IMG/VR virus record: IMGVR_UViG_3300049142_000071
Coordinates: 1 to 49,002 of that record
DNA length: 49,002 bases
Strand: one strand, 5' to 3'
Source: a virus
Taxonomy: Duplodnaviria > Caudoviricetes
The notes beneath the pieces were generated by a model. It worked only from the letters and a program-made list of their open reading frames with translations. It ran no database searches and was not told the DNA's origin. Below are positions 17,196-26,089 of the stretch, in pieces. Both the position numbers and the translations under genes were made by a program. Every line of letters starts with the position of its first letter. Position 1 is the first letter of the stretch.

Positions 17196-20100
17196 TCACC
17201 GATTCCTTCCTGCGCTGACCACACCGGTCAGGACGCGGTTGCCTTGCCGTACGCGGACGTCGATCAGCTCGGCCAGCGCGCCGTCCTTGGTGTGGACCTC
17301 CACCACGAACGGCTCCGTCCCCGACGCTGCTGTCCCGGGGCCCGGCTGGACCGACCGGACGGCAGGGACCGCAGCGTCAGCGACGCGTGCGGCCGCGGCC
17401 GCGACCGCGTTGGCGGTGTTGTCCAGGCCGACCCGGACGCCCGCGCCGGCCATCTCGCCGACACCCGTGGTGACCCTGGACGGCGACTTGATCTTCAGCT
17501 TCCGCTTGATGGCCGTCACCAGAGACCCGCCGAGCCTGTTCATCGCGGCCTGCAATTCCTTCTCCTGGGACTGCAGACCAGTCAGGAACCCACGCGCGGC
17601 GTTCTTACCGCTGTCGAACATGGCGTCGGCCACGGTGTTTCCGTAGCTCGTCGCCAGCTTGGCGCCGGAGGCCGAGAGCTGGTTGAGCTGGGCGATCTGC
17701 CCCTTGCTCGCCTTCGCCAGCACACCAGCCAGGCCACTGTCCGGGCCGAGCGCCCCCAGCTCCCCGATGAGGCTCTGGCTGAGACCCCGCTTGGCCAGGC
17801 CAGCGATCGTCGACTGGGACGTCCGCACAGTTTTCTGCCGGCCTTGCAGACCGGCGATGATCTCCTTGACCGAGGTGGACTCCCCGAAGTTGCCCAAACC
17901 GAGGAAGTCAGCCGCCGCCTTCTTCCGGTCGGCCGCGGTCTCCTTGGCCGCCGTGATCCGGGCATCGACCGCATCGCGCCGCTTGGCCAGCGACTGCAAT
18001 TTCGCGGAGGCCGCCGTGGTCGACGTCGTCAGGCGCTTCGCGGAACCGCCCGCCGTACGCAGGTCCTTCGTCAGCTCGTCGAACGCCTTCTTGATGTCCG
18101 ACGCGCTGGCGGTGAGGGCCTTGCTCACGGAGGACAGGTCCCCGGGCAAGTCCTTGCGTGCCGCCGTGGCCTTGGTGCCCTTGGCGTAGCCGGGCATCGC
18201 ACCCAGGCTGCCCGCGACGTTGAGGGAGTCGCGGTGGTTGAGGACCTGCTCGCCTCCGCCGAAGTTGACCAGCTCCGGCCCGAGTTCACCGACCCATGCC
18301 CAGCCGGGGGCTGCGCCCCTGGTGCCGCGGGCGTAGCCCTTGAAGCCGTACCAGTGCGTGAACAGCGAGTTGCGGTATCCGCGGGCACCGGGGCCGATGA
18401 CCACGCCGTCTCCGCCGCGGCTCTCGACGTTGGTCCCGTTGATGGTGCCGGCGGTGTGGCCAACCCCCTTGTTCGTGATGCCGATCTTGTAAGGGGAGGC
18501 TGCGCCGAGGACCCAGCCGGGCGGGGCCGTGGCACCGGAGAAGGCACCGGTCGCCCACCGCCGGTGAGGCTTCTGGCCTCGGATGACGGACTCGATCGCT
18601 GAGACCAGGCCGCTGCAGTCCCAGCTGGGGTTCCCGTTGCCGCCCCATTGGTACGGCTTGCCCGCCTGGGTGCGCGCCCAGGCGAGGCCGGCCGCGAAGC
18701 CCTTGCCGCCGATCCCCGCCGCCTCGAGCTTCTTGTCCGCCGAGCCGGAGTAGCCGATGATCGCCGACAGCATCTTGCGGGGGATGCCGGTGACCATGTC
18801 CTTGTACAGGGACGCTGAACCGGAGATCTTGTCGATCAAGGGCTTGACGATGCTGTTCAGGCCCGCCAGGGCGGAGGCCTTCATGCCGTCCTTGAGCCAG
18901 GACACGCCCTCCTTGGCGAGGTCGACGCCCTTGGACGCGGCCTTGCCGATCCAGCCGAACAGGCCGCCACCGGACGCGAACCCGGGCGAGGACGAGCCGC
19001 CGCCGGCCGCCGCCCAGTTCCGCAGGGCCATGACCGCGCCGTGGCCGCCCGCCCCGCGCACCTCCTTCGCGGTCCAGACGTGCTCGTTCTTGCTGAGCCA
19101 CGCGGGCACGGAGTCCGACGTCTCGGTGCCCGCGCCGAACACCGGGCCTCCGACAGCGAACTTCGCGATCGGCGACAACTTCGGTGCCCCGAACGCGGAG
19201 GCGACCTTGTTCCAGACGGGGACGATCCCGCCGTTGTAGACGGTGTTGATCACGAAGGCAATCGGCTTCTTCGCCAGGTTGGCGATCTTCCCGAACTGTT
19301 CGCCGATGACGTCCTTCGCCGCGGTGAAGGCCTTGCCGAGCGCGACCGCGGCCGCACGGCCCTGGTCGATCGGCGGCTTGATCCCCCTCTCGTACAGCCA
19401 TGCCGCCACGGTCGCGATGCCGCGGAACGCGGGCTGGATGGCGTTGCGGTACAGCCAGGTGGCCACGGAGCCCAACGTGCGGATGCCCGCCATGAACAGG
19501 CCGTAGGTGACCTTCACGCTGGACCACATGAACTTGGCTCCGGCGACGATCCAGCCGACCACCGGGGAGAAGGCGTTGCGCCACAGCCACATGCCGACGC
19601 TGCCGAGCAGGCGCACCCCTGCCATGAACAGGTTGAACTGGGCCTGCACGCCAGACCAGAGCCACTTGGCTCCGGTGACAATCCAGCCGATCGCCGGTGA
19701 GATCGCGTTCGTCCAGAGCCAGGAGAAGATCGCGCCGAGCGCCTTGACCGCGAGGTAGATCGGCCCGAACACGACGATCGTCATGACGGTGAGCCAGATC
19801 CGTGCGGCGGTGCTGATGAACCCGAACACGGGCTTGATCACGGCGGACCAGAGCCAGGAGAAGGCGGTGCCGATGGCGGACAGCCCGGTCATCAGGCCAG
19901 CGAACGCGGGCTTGATGACGTTGTTCCACGCGAAGAGGGCGGCGGCCTGGATGCCTGCCCAGGCCGTCTGGACGATCGCCCGGAACGTCTCGCTCTTCTG
20001 GTAGGCGATGACGAGGGCCGCGCCCAGGGCGACGATCGCCGTGATCACCAGGATCACGGGGTTGGCGTTCATGACCGCGTTGAAGGCGAGCTGGGCGATC

Positions 20101-21521
20101 GTGGCGCCGCGCTGCACGGCGGTCCAAGCGAGGATGGCGCCGCGGTAGAGGGAGAACACGAGGGTGGTCGCGGCGACGGCGATCTGCTGGGCGAGGATCG
20201 CCGCAGTGAACCCGGCCACGGCGATGCCGATCGGGATGAGCCACGTGCCCATGTCCTGCAGCCAGCCCACGACGGCCGTGCCTGCGGTCCACAGCCCCTT
20301 CAACGCGCCGATCACGGCGCCGCCCACGACGACGGCGACCGTACTCAGGGGCGGCAGGACGGTCCGGTTGAGTACGCCACCCACGCGGGACAGGACAGGC
20401 AGGACCTGTCCGCCGATGACGTTGACGAACGCCTGGCGCAGACTGCGCTGGAAGACGGTGATCTCGTAGGAAGGCCCGCTGTGCAGGTCCTTACCGAGTT
20501 GCTTCGCCGCACCCGAAACCTTCCCCATCGCGGACGCGGCCTTGGAGGGATCCAACTTCAGCAAGGCGGCGCCCATGTCCTCGGCCTGGGTTCCGAACAG
20601 GCCGACCGCGGCGGCATTCTGCTTGACCGGATCCTTCGTCGCCCGCAGGCGGTCCAGGACCAGTTGGAGGCCGTCACTCGCGCCCTTGCCGCCCTTGGCG
20701 ATCTGCAGAGACATCTTCTCCGCGTCCAGGCCGAGCTCCTTGTAGGCGGTCTGGCTGGAGGCCGACATGTCAATCGACCTGATCGAGAACTCTTTCAGGC
20801 CGTCGGCGATGATGTCGGTGTCGCGGGCGCCGCCCTGGAGGCCTTGCTGGAACAGGCCGAGCGCGGTCTTGCTGTCGAGGCCCAGCTTGCGCAGTTGGAC
20901 CGGGTACTCCTGGAGCGTCTCCAGCAGGTCCTCGGCATTCGGGCCCAGCTTCTGCATCCCGACCGTCAGCACGTCCAGGGCGGCCTGAGCGTTCGGAGCC
21001 AGGCCGTTCTTCAGCTGGGCGGATACCGCCTGCGACTGGAGACTGAAGTCGGTGCCGAAGGTCTTGGAGAAGTCGGCCATCTGGCCGGACAGCACGCGGA
21101 TCTGCTTGGTCGTCGCGCCGGTCGGCAGCAGGCCGCCCTGGACAGTTGCCCGGACAGCCTCCGCGGCGGTCTCGATATCGCCGGTGATGGCTTTGCCGTA
21201 GAGCTGGCCGGCCACCTTGCCGTAGCGCGCCGCGTCCTTCTGCGTGGCGCCGAGCTGCGCCTTGAGGGTGCCGGTGACGGAGCCCTGCTCCATCGCCTGA
21301 TTGAACGCCTCGGTGAACTGTTCGCCGATCTTGCTGGCGATCTCCGTGACTCCGATCGCGGCCAGTGCGCCGGTGAAGGAGTCACGGAACCCGCCGCCGG
21401 CGGCTTCTCCGGCGTCGTCGCCGGCGTCCCCGGCGGGGCCGATGAGCTGACGGCGCAGCTCATCGCCGATCCCGCGTACGGAGGGGATGACCTGAAGTGT
21501 GGCGTAGCCGACGTTCGACAT
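17196..21521 (-). CDS. Tape measure protein with NlpC/P60-like peptidase motif
   Basis: 1441 aa, Ala/Gly-rich with periodic Trp repeats and MNANP motif; PYQWGG...WDCSGLVS...GHTAG. Confidence 0.93.
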   Translation of the reverse strand: MSNVGYATLQVIPSVRGIGDELRRQLIGPAGDAGDDAGEAAGGGFRDSFTGALAAIGVTEIASKIGEQFTEAFNQAMEQGSVTGTLKAQLGATQKDAARYGKVAGQLYGKAITGDIETAAEAVRATVQGGLLPTGATTKQIRVLSGQMADFSKTFGTDFSLQSQAVSAQLKNGLAPNAQAALDVLTVGMQKLGPNAEDLLETLQEYPVQLRKLGLDSKTALGLFQQGLQGGARDTDIIADGLKEFSIRSIDMSASSQTAYKELGLDAEKMSLQIAKGGKGASDGLQLVLDRLRATKDPVKQNAAAVGLFGTQAEDMGAALLKLDPSKAASAMGKVSGAAKQLGKDLHSGPSYEITVFQRSLRQAFVNVIGGQVLPVLSRVGGVLNRTVLPPLSTVAVVVGGAVIGALKGLWTAGTAVVGWLQDMGTWLIPIGIAVAGFTAAILAQQIAVAATTLVFSLYRGAILAWTAVQRGATIAQLAFNAVMNANPVILVITAIVALGAALVIAYQKSETFRAIVQTAWAGIQAAALFAWNNVIKPAFAGLMTGLSAIGTAFSWLWSAVIKPVFGFISTAARIWLTVMTIVVFGPIYLAVKALGAIFSWLWTNAISPAIGWIVTGAKWLWSGVQAQFNLFMAGVRLLGSVGMWLWRNAFSPVVGWIVAGAKFMWSSVKVTYGLFMAGIRTLGSVATWLYRNAIQPAFRGIATVAAWLYERGIKPPIDQGRAAAVALGKAFTAAKDVIGEQFGKIANLAKKPIAFVINTVYNGGIVPVWNKVASAFGAPKLSPIAKFAVGGPVFGAGTETSDSVPAWLSKNEHVWTAKEVRGAGGHGAVMALRNWAAAGGGSSSPGFASGGGLFGWIGKAASKGVDLAKEGVSWLKDGMKASALAGLNSIVKPLIDKISGSASLYKDMVTGIPRKMLSAIIGYSGSADKKLEAAGIGGKGFAAGLAWARTQAGKPYQWGGNGNPSWDCSGLVSAIESVIRGQKPHRRWATGAFSGATAPPGWVLGAASPYKIGITNKGVGHTAGTINGTNVESRGGDGVVIGPGARGYRNSLFTHWYGFKGYARGTRGAAPGWAWVGELGPELVNFGGGEQVLNHRDSLNVAGSLGAMPGYAKGTKATAARKDLPGDLSSVSKALTASASDIKKAFDELTKDLRTAGGSAKRLTTSTTAASAKLQSLAKRRDAVDARITAAKETAADRKKAAADFLGLGNFGESTSVKEIIAGLQGRQKTVRTSQSTIAGLAKRGLSQSLIGELGALGPDSGLAGVLAKASKGQIAQLNQLSASGAKLATSYGNTVADAMFDSGKNAARGFLTGLQSQEKELQAAMNRLGGSLVTAIKRKLKIKSPSRVTTGVGEMAGAGVRVGLDNTANAVAAAAARVADAAVPAVRSVQPGPGTAASGTEPFVVEVHTKDGALAELIDVRVRQGNRVLTGVVSAGRNR

Positions 21522-21547
21522 GGGACACCCCCGTAGTCAGTTGTGGA

Positions 21548-22000
21548 TCAGGTGATCTCCCCGTGGGCCAGAGCGCGGCGGCGGTCGGCGGCCCGGGCGA
21601 GGGCGGCCTTGCGCTTGGCGATGCGCTCGGGGGAGTTCTTGTCGCGGCCGCGGCCCACCCCGGGACGGTCCATCGGCTTGGGCGGCTTGGACTGCTGCGA
21701 TTCCTTGACGCCCTCGTTCTGACGCTGCCAGTTCGCTACCCGAAGCTCGTCGATCGTCAGGGCCTGCAGGTGCTCCTGCAGACCCCACAGCCCGTCCGTC
21801 TGCCCGAGCGCGATACGGGTGCGGGCGCGCGGGGGGAGTTGGCGGATGTACCCGCCGAGCTCCCGCCACGTCAGCAGCGGCACGCCGGCGCTGTCGCGGC
21901 GGAACAGGTCCGACAGGCGGATGCCGTAGTGCTCGCGAAGGTCTGCCTGGACTGCCTCGCCGTGCTCCCTCAGGAGTCGGACGAGGCCTGCGATTCCCCC
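21548..22000 (-). CDS. Tail assembly chaperone, -1 frameshift extension (gpGT-like)
   Basis: Open -1 frame (IAGLVRLLREHGEAVQADLREHYGI...) entered at slippery GGGGGAA 22000-21994; no start codon of its own. Confidence 0.8.
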   Translation of the reverse strand, partial: GGIAGLVRLLREHGEAVQADLREHYGIRLSDLFRRDSAGVPLLTWRELGGYIRQLPPRARTRIALGQTDGLWGLQEHLQALTIDELRVANWQRQNEGVKESQQSKPPKPMDRPGVGRGRDKNSPERIAKRKAALARAADRRRALAHGEIT

Positions 22001-22341
22001 TCGTCGACACCGCAGTGCGTGCGGTAGGCGTCGAACAGAGCCTTCAGCTTGTACTGCGGCAGCGGGGTGGCGTGGAACTCCTCCCACTGCTCCTTGCCGA
22101 GGGCGACCTTGAAGGCGGCGGTCATGGCGCCGATGTCGCCGCGGTCGGCGGACGCCATGAGGGGCCAGATGTCCAGGGCCTGGATGTGCTCCATGGTGAA
22201 GCGCCGGTTGGGGTTGTCCTTGGACGCCCACAGAAAGCGGAACGGCGTGAGGTCGACCTCGGCCTGGACGGCGTTGAGGTTGAAGTCGAACGGCTGGTCG
22301 TCCGGCGCCTTGCTGGTCGTCGCGGTTCGGTTTGCTGCCAT
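21970..22341 (-). CDS. Tail assembly chaperone (gpG-like)
   Basis: Between the major tail and tape measure genes; ends GAG GGG GAA TCG (EGES). Confidence 0.82.
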   Translation of the reverse strand: MAANRTATTSKAPDDQPFDFNLNAVQAEVDLTPFRFLWASKDNPNRRFTMEHIQALDIWPLMASADRGDIGAMTAAFKVALGKEQWEEFHATPLPQYKLKALFDAYRTHCGVDEGESQASSDS

Positions 22342-22346
22342 GGGAG

Positions 22347-22703
22347 TTACTCGCTTTCGGTGCTGTCGGTCTTGGGCTTGAGGACCTGGACGGCCTCGGC
22401 CAGGAGCGTGAGGCGCACGGTGCCGGAGCCGTCCGCGGCGAGCCTGATGTCCATCGGCTCCTGGGCCACCAGCCACGGGAACGGCTTGCCGTCCACCGTG
22501 ATCTCGCTGCCGCGTACGGCGATCTCCTTCGCGCACACGGGCTCGGCCGGCGTGCTCGGCTGCTCGGCCGTGCGCCGTTCCTCCAGGAGGGCGGCGGCCA
22601 CGCGGGAGCGCTGGTTGCGCGGGAGCTCGTCGCCCTTGTCGATGACGCCGAGCTGCACGGCCTTGGCGTGTAGCTCGATGTCGGTGAACTGCTGCAGAGG
22701 CAT
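22347..22703 (-). CDS. Hypothetical protein between major tail protein and chaperone
   Basis: Strong RBS AAGGAGG upstream of ATG 22703; 118 aa. Confidence 0.7.
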   Translation of the reverse strand: MPLQQFTDIELHAKAVQLGVIDKGDELPRNQRSRVAAALLEERRTAEQPSTPAEPVCAKEIAVRGSEITVDGKPFPWLVAQEPMDIRLAADGSGTVRLTLLAEAVQVLKPKTDSTESE

Positions 22704-22789
22704 GGGCCTCCTTCGCTTCGCGGTTCGGTGGGGTGGTGCACCGGGGCGCGGTCCGAACCGCGACGAACTTCCCGCGCCCCGGCGGTCGG

Positions 22790-23560
22790 TCAGGCCGTGA
22801 CGGTCACGGCGCAGGTGTCGGTCTGGCCCTGGTAGCTGGCGGTCACCGTGGCGGAACCGGCGGCGATGCCGGTGACGAACCCGGCGGACACCGTGGCCTT
22901 GGTGGCGTCCGACGTGGACCAGGTCGCGCTGGCGGTGACGTCGGCGGTGGTCGCGTCGGAGTAGGTAGCCGTCGCCGCGAGGGCGCCGATCTCCCCGTCG
23001 GCGACCGTTAGCGTGGCCGGGGTGACGGAGATGGACGACAGGACCGGGGTGGCCTGGCGGTCGAACAGGACGCCGTCGTCGGTCGGGAAGATCGTCGCGG
23101 CGATCGTCGCCGACTCGAGGTCGGTCTCGTTCTCGCCGTGGTCGCCGTCCAGCGAGCACTCGGCGTACTGGGCCGTCGCCAGGCGGCGCACCTTCTCGCC
23201 CTCGCGGGTCTCGAAAGCCACCTTGACCCGCTCCGGACGCGGCACCTTGATCTGCGTGTCAGTGGACCCGGGCCACACCAGCTTGCGGGTGGTCTCGTTG
23301 TCCTCGAGGGCCGTGAAGGACTTGGTCAGCTTGAAGTGCTGACGGGACGTACGGACGAGGATGCCGCCCCACGCGAACTTGTCGTCGGTGTCCTCGTCGC
23401 GAGTCTCGGGGAAACCCTCGTCTCCGTCGAGCAGACCGACCAGGTGCCAGTCCGGCCCGAACGGAGTCGCCGCGTTGGCGGGAAGCGTCGCGCTCAGGTT
23501 CCAGGACACGTACACGTCCGCGTCGGTCCAGAGATTTGCCTTTGTCGGGTCGCCGGCCAC
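22790..23560 (-). CDS. Major tail protein with C-terminal Ig-like (Big_2) domain
   Basis: Position; LVGLLDGDEG, KFAWGG; SISVTPATLTV...DVTASATWSTSD..KATVS Ig motif; RBS GGAAGGAGG. Confidence 0.88.
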   Translation of the reverse strand: MAGDPTKANLWTDADVYVSWNLSATLPANAATPFGPDWHLVGLLDGDEGFPETRDEDTDDKFAWGGILVRTSRQHFKLTKSFTALEDNETTRKLVWPGSTDTQIKVPRPERVKVAFETREGEKVRRLATAQYAECSLDGDHGENETDLESATIAATIFPTDDGVLFDRQATPVLSSISVTPATLTVADGEIGALAATATYSDATTADVTASATWSTSDATKATVSAGFVTGIAAGSATVTASYQGQTDTCAVTVTA

Positions 23561-23698
23561 GGCGCCCTCCTTCCAGATAGCAGATGCAGGGAGCCGCGGT
23601 TCGGCAGTACGGGCCCGCCGCCCAGTCGCTGCGCGCGCACCGGGGTCTCAGCCCGGCGGAGGCTCTCTGCCTCGTCGCTGGGCGGCGGGTGATCGTGG

Positions 23699-24115
23699 TC
23701 AGGCCAGTCGGGGCCTGATGTTGGCGAGCACGGTGAACGTCGACAGCGGGGCGCCGGAGACGTCGTCGATCGCCGAAAGCGGCCCGGTGCCCGGGCGGAC
23801 ACCGCGGATGACGGTGCCGGAGTGGACGATGAGCAGGCCCTGGCAGAGCATCGCCAGATCGTGGGCCTGGTCGTCGTCCTCGTGCCAGCAGGTGACCCGC
23901 AGAGTGACGCGCGCATTGGCCATGGACGAGTGCGGAACGTCGGTGTCCTTGCGGACCATGACGTACCGGAACACCTCTTCCGGGACGCGGGTGGTGGGAA
24001 CCTTCGTGCCGACCGTGACGCCAGTCGCGAACGGCTCGAGGCGTCCAGTGAGTGCCGTACGCAGGACGGCGGCGCCGGCGGCCTGGGCGTCGTCGAAGAC
24101 AGTGAGCGTCTTCAC
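23699..24115 (-). CDS. Tail terminator/completion protein
   Basis: Immediately upstream of the major tail gene; GTGA coupling. Confidence 0.7.
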   Translation of the reverse strand: MKTLTVFDDAQAAGAAVLRTALTGRLEPFATGVTVGTKVPTTRVPEEVFRYVMVRKDTDVPHSSMANARVTLRVTCWHEDDDQAHDLAMLCQGLLIVHSGTVIRGVRPGTGPLSAIDDVSGAPLSTFTVLANIRPRLA

Positions 24116-24393
24116 CGCTGCCACGCCTTCACTTCGAGGCCCACCGCGCCGGCGGCCCGGGTGAGGATGCCATCGCGCGCCTGCCACGCCATGCCGCGAA
24201 CGTCCTCGATGGTGACCGAGGCGGCGCCGCGGTCGGTGGTGTAGCCGTGCACGGACACGCGCGTGCCCGCGGGCACCTGCGGGCGGACGTGCGCGGCGAT
24301 CGCGCCCGCCACGTCGTCGACCGCGCGCCGGAGCTCGGGGCCTTGAAGGAACTCGCGGACACCGCGGTGGTCGAGGCGGAAGGACTGCAGCAC
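24112..24393 (-). CDS. Neck protein (HK97 gp10-like position)
   Basis: LDHRGVREFL...TTDRGAA...QARDGILTRAAG; synteny. Confidence 0.65.
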   Translation of the reverse strand: MLQSFRLDHRGVREFLQGPELRRAVDDVAGAIAAHVRPQVPAGTRVSVHGYTTDRGAASVTIEDVRGMAWQARDGILTRAAGAVGLEVKAWQR

Positions 24394-24403
24394 GGGAGGC
24401 CTC

Positions 24404-24754
24404 CTATCCGGTCGCGCGGATCATCGTGAGCTCGATGTGGTGCACCCCGCCGGTGAGCGGGTCGGGCCACTCGGCGACCTCGCCGTCGACCTCGTAGGTG
24501 CCGCCGCGCCACTCCAGGCGGTCGGTGGCGGTGATGTCGGGGCGGGTGCCCTCCTCGGACTGCACCCGCCACCCGGTGGTCACCGAGTCGCGGGTGTCGT
24601 CCTGGCCCTCCTGTTGGATGGCGGGCTGGATGTTCAGCTGGCCGATCGGCAGTCGGCTGACCGCGGCATCCGACCAGTCCGCGATCTTGTTGCCGCCGCG
24701 GTCCGTGCGCTCGCTCGCGCGTACACGTACGAGGCTGTCGAAGAAGAACATCAC
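24404..24754 (-). CDS. Head-tail stopper/adaptor
   Basis: DRGGNKIADWS, DITATDRLEWRGGTYEVDGEVAEW; synteny. Confidence 0.72.
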   Translation of the reverse strand: MMFFFDSLVRVRASERTDRGGNKIADWSDAAVSRLPIGQLNIQPAIQQEGQDDTRDSVTTGWRVQSEEGTRPDITATDRLEWRGGTYEVDGEVAEWPDPLTGGVHHIELTMIRATG

Positions 24755-25318
24755 TCACACGTCCCCGGACGCTCGGACCTTGTACTTCTCGACGGCCTTC
24801 GTCCATGCCTCCGTGGCACCGGCCGCGGCCTGCGCCCCGAACGTCACGGACTGCCCGCCGACGGCCTTGGACTGCACGCCCACGACGATGTTGAGGGCAG
24901 CCTCGGCCCGCTCGTTGACGACCTCCTGGATGTCCCCAGGGATGTCGTCCACCGGCCAGCCGTGGCTGTAGGTGACCTGCAGGCAGCGCAGCCGGTCGGG
25001 CCAGTGCAGGCAGCCCAGCCGCCGCAGGATGCCCGCGTCCGACCAGCTGTAGTCGGTGCCCTCCACCAGCTCGGTGCCGTCCAGAACGACCGCCGAGACA
25101 GCGGTGACGGGCCACACGGGCAGCAGCAGGGACGCACGGCCGGAGCCGTCCAGCACCACCACGTCGTCGGCGACGAACGTCACCGGATGGTGGACCTGCC
25201 CGCGGAAGCGACGGGACGCGGCCCGCAGCGCGTACAGCAGCTTCGGGTCGTCCTCACTCCGGCCGAGCTTCGCGGCGAGCTCGGCCGGGTCGGCGAGGAA
25301 CTCGTCCTCAGCTGCCAC
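24755..25318 (-). CDS. Head-to-tail connector/adaptor
   Basis: LADPAELA, VTYSHGW...IPGDI, VGGQSVTF; synteny. Confidence 0.75.
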   Translation of the reverse strand: MAAEDEFLADPAELAAKLGRSEDDPKLLYALRAASRRFRGQVHHPVTFVADDVVVLDGSGRASLLLPVWPVTAVSAVVLDGTELVEGTDYSWSDAGILRRLGCLHWPDRLRCLQVTYSHGWPVDDIPGDIQEVVNERAEAALNIVVGVQSKAVGGQSVTFGAQAAAGATEAWTKAVEKYKVRASGDV

Positions 25319-25865
25319 CGTCGGCGGCCTTGGTCTCCGCAGCCGTACGCGCCTTGTTCGCCGCGACTGGCTGCCGCTTGGCCGCAGTCTTCTTCGCGGC
25401 GGTCGTCTTCGCCGCGGTAGGCGCCGGCGTCGGCTGCTGGCTGTCCGCCGCTGCCGGCGTCGCGCCCGACGCCTGGCCATCACCGCCGTCGTCCGCAGCC
25501 TGCTGCACCTGCTGCGCGCCCTGGCCCGCGTCGTCGCCCTGGCTGGCGCCGCTGCCGCCGCCGTCGTCAGCAGGGCCATCATCGGCCTCGCCTTCTTGGA
25601 CGGGCTCGACGGGCTGGATCGTAGATGCGCCGCCGACGACGTCGTCCGCCTTGGCTCCGAGCCGCTTGGCGTCATCGTCGGACAGCTTCATCACGGTCTC
25701 TACGCCACCACGCGTGACGCGGTACTTCTTCAGGGGTCCGCTCACCGCGGCTACCTCCTCAATGAGTTGGTCCACCGGCACCGCGTTGGAGGGCGGCCCG
25801 CACGTCGCGTTCTCAGCTCCGCACGGGCAGCGCCCTCCAGCGTTGCGGTGGATGAACAGGCTCAC
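25308..25865 (-). CDS. Hypothetical capsid-associated protein with low-complexity C-terminus (alternative start 25745)
   Basis: GTGA-coupled start at 25865; strong internal RBS GAGGAGGT before GTG 25745. Confidence 0.65.
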   Translation of the reverse strand: MSLFIHRNAGGRCPCGAENATCGPPSNAVPVDQLIEEVAAVSGPLKKYRVTRGGVETVMKLSDDDAKRLGAKADDVVGGASTIQPVEPVQEGEADDGPADDGGGSGASQGDDAGQGAQQVQQAADDGGDGQASGATPAAADSQQPTPAPTAAKTTAAKKTAAKRQPVAANKARTAAETKAADGGS

Positions 25866-26074
25866 GGCGCGATCAGACCGGCTGCCCTCAGCTTGGCGAG
25901 CAGCCCGTTGAGCGTCGTCCGGGCGGCCGTCAGGTCGGTGACGACCTTGTCGAACTCGGCCTTAGTGGGGTTGGCGCCGGCGGCGGCCGTCGTGGTGACG
26001 GCCGCCATGTCGGCCTGTGCCGCGGCCTGCCGGCCCTCGCGGGCCTTGCCCCCGGCGGGGTCCAGGTACGCCAT
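25862..26074 (-). CDS. Small head decoration/fibre-like protein
   Basis: PTKAEFDKVVTDL...LNGLLAKLRAAGLIA, directly after the capsid gene. Confidence 0.6.
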   Translation of the reverse strand: MAYLDPAGGKAREGRQAAAQADMAAVTTTAAAGANPTKAEFDKVVTDLTAARTTLNGLLAKLRAAGLIAP

Positions 26075-26089
26075 GGGATCAGCCTCCTA

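Noticed and set aside
15573-18602. 1009-aa plus-strand ORF
   Set aside because: Antisense shadow of tail genes, typical of high-GC DNA; no motifs.
23640-23660. CUGAGA loop as a TPP riboswitch
   Set aside because: The other TPP conserved segments are absent, and the context is a tail gene.
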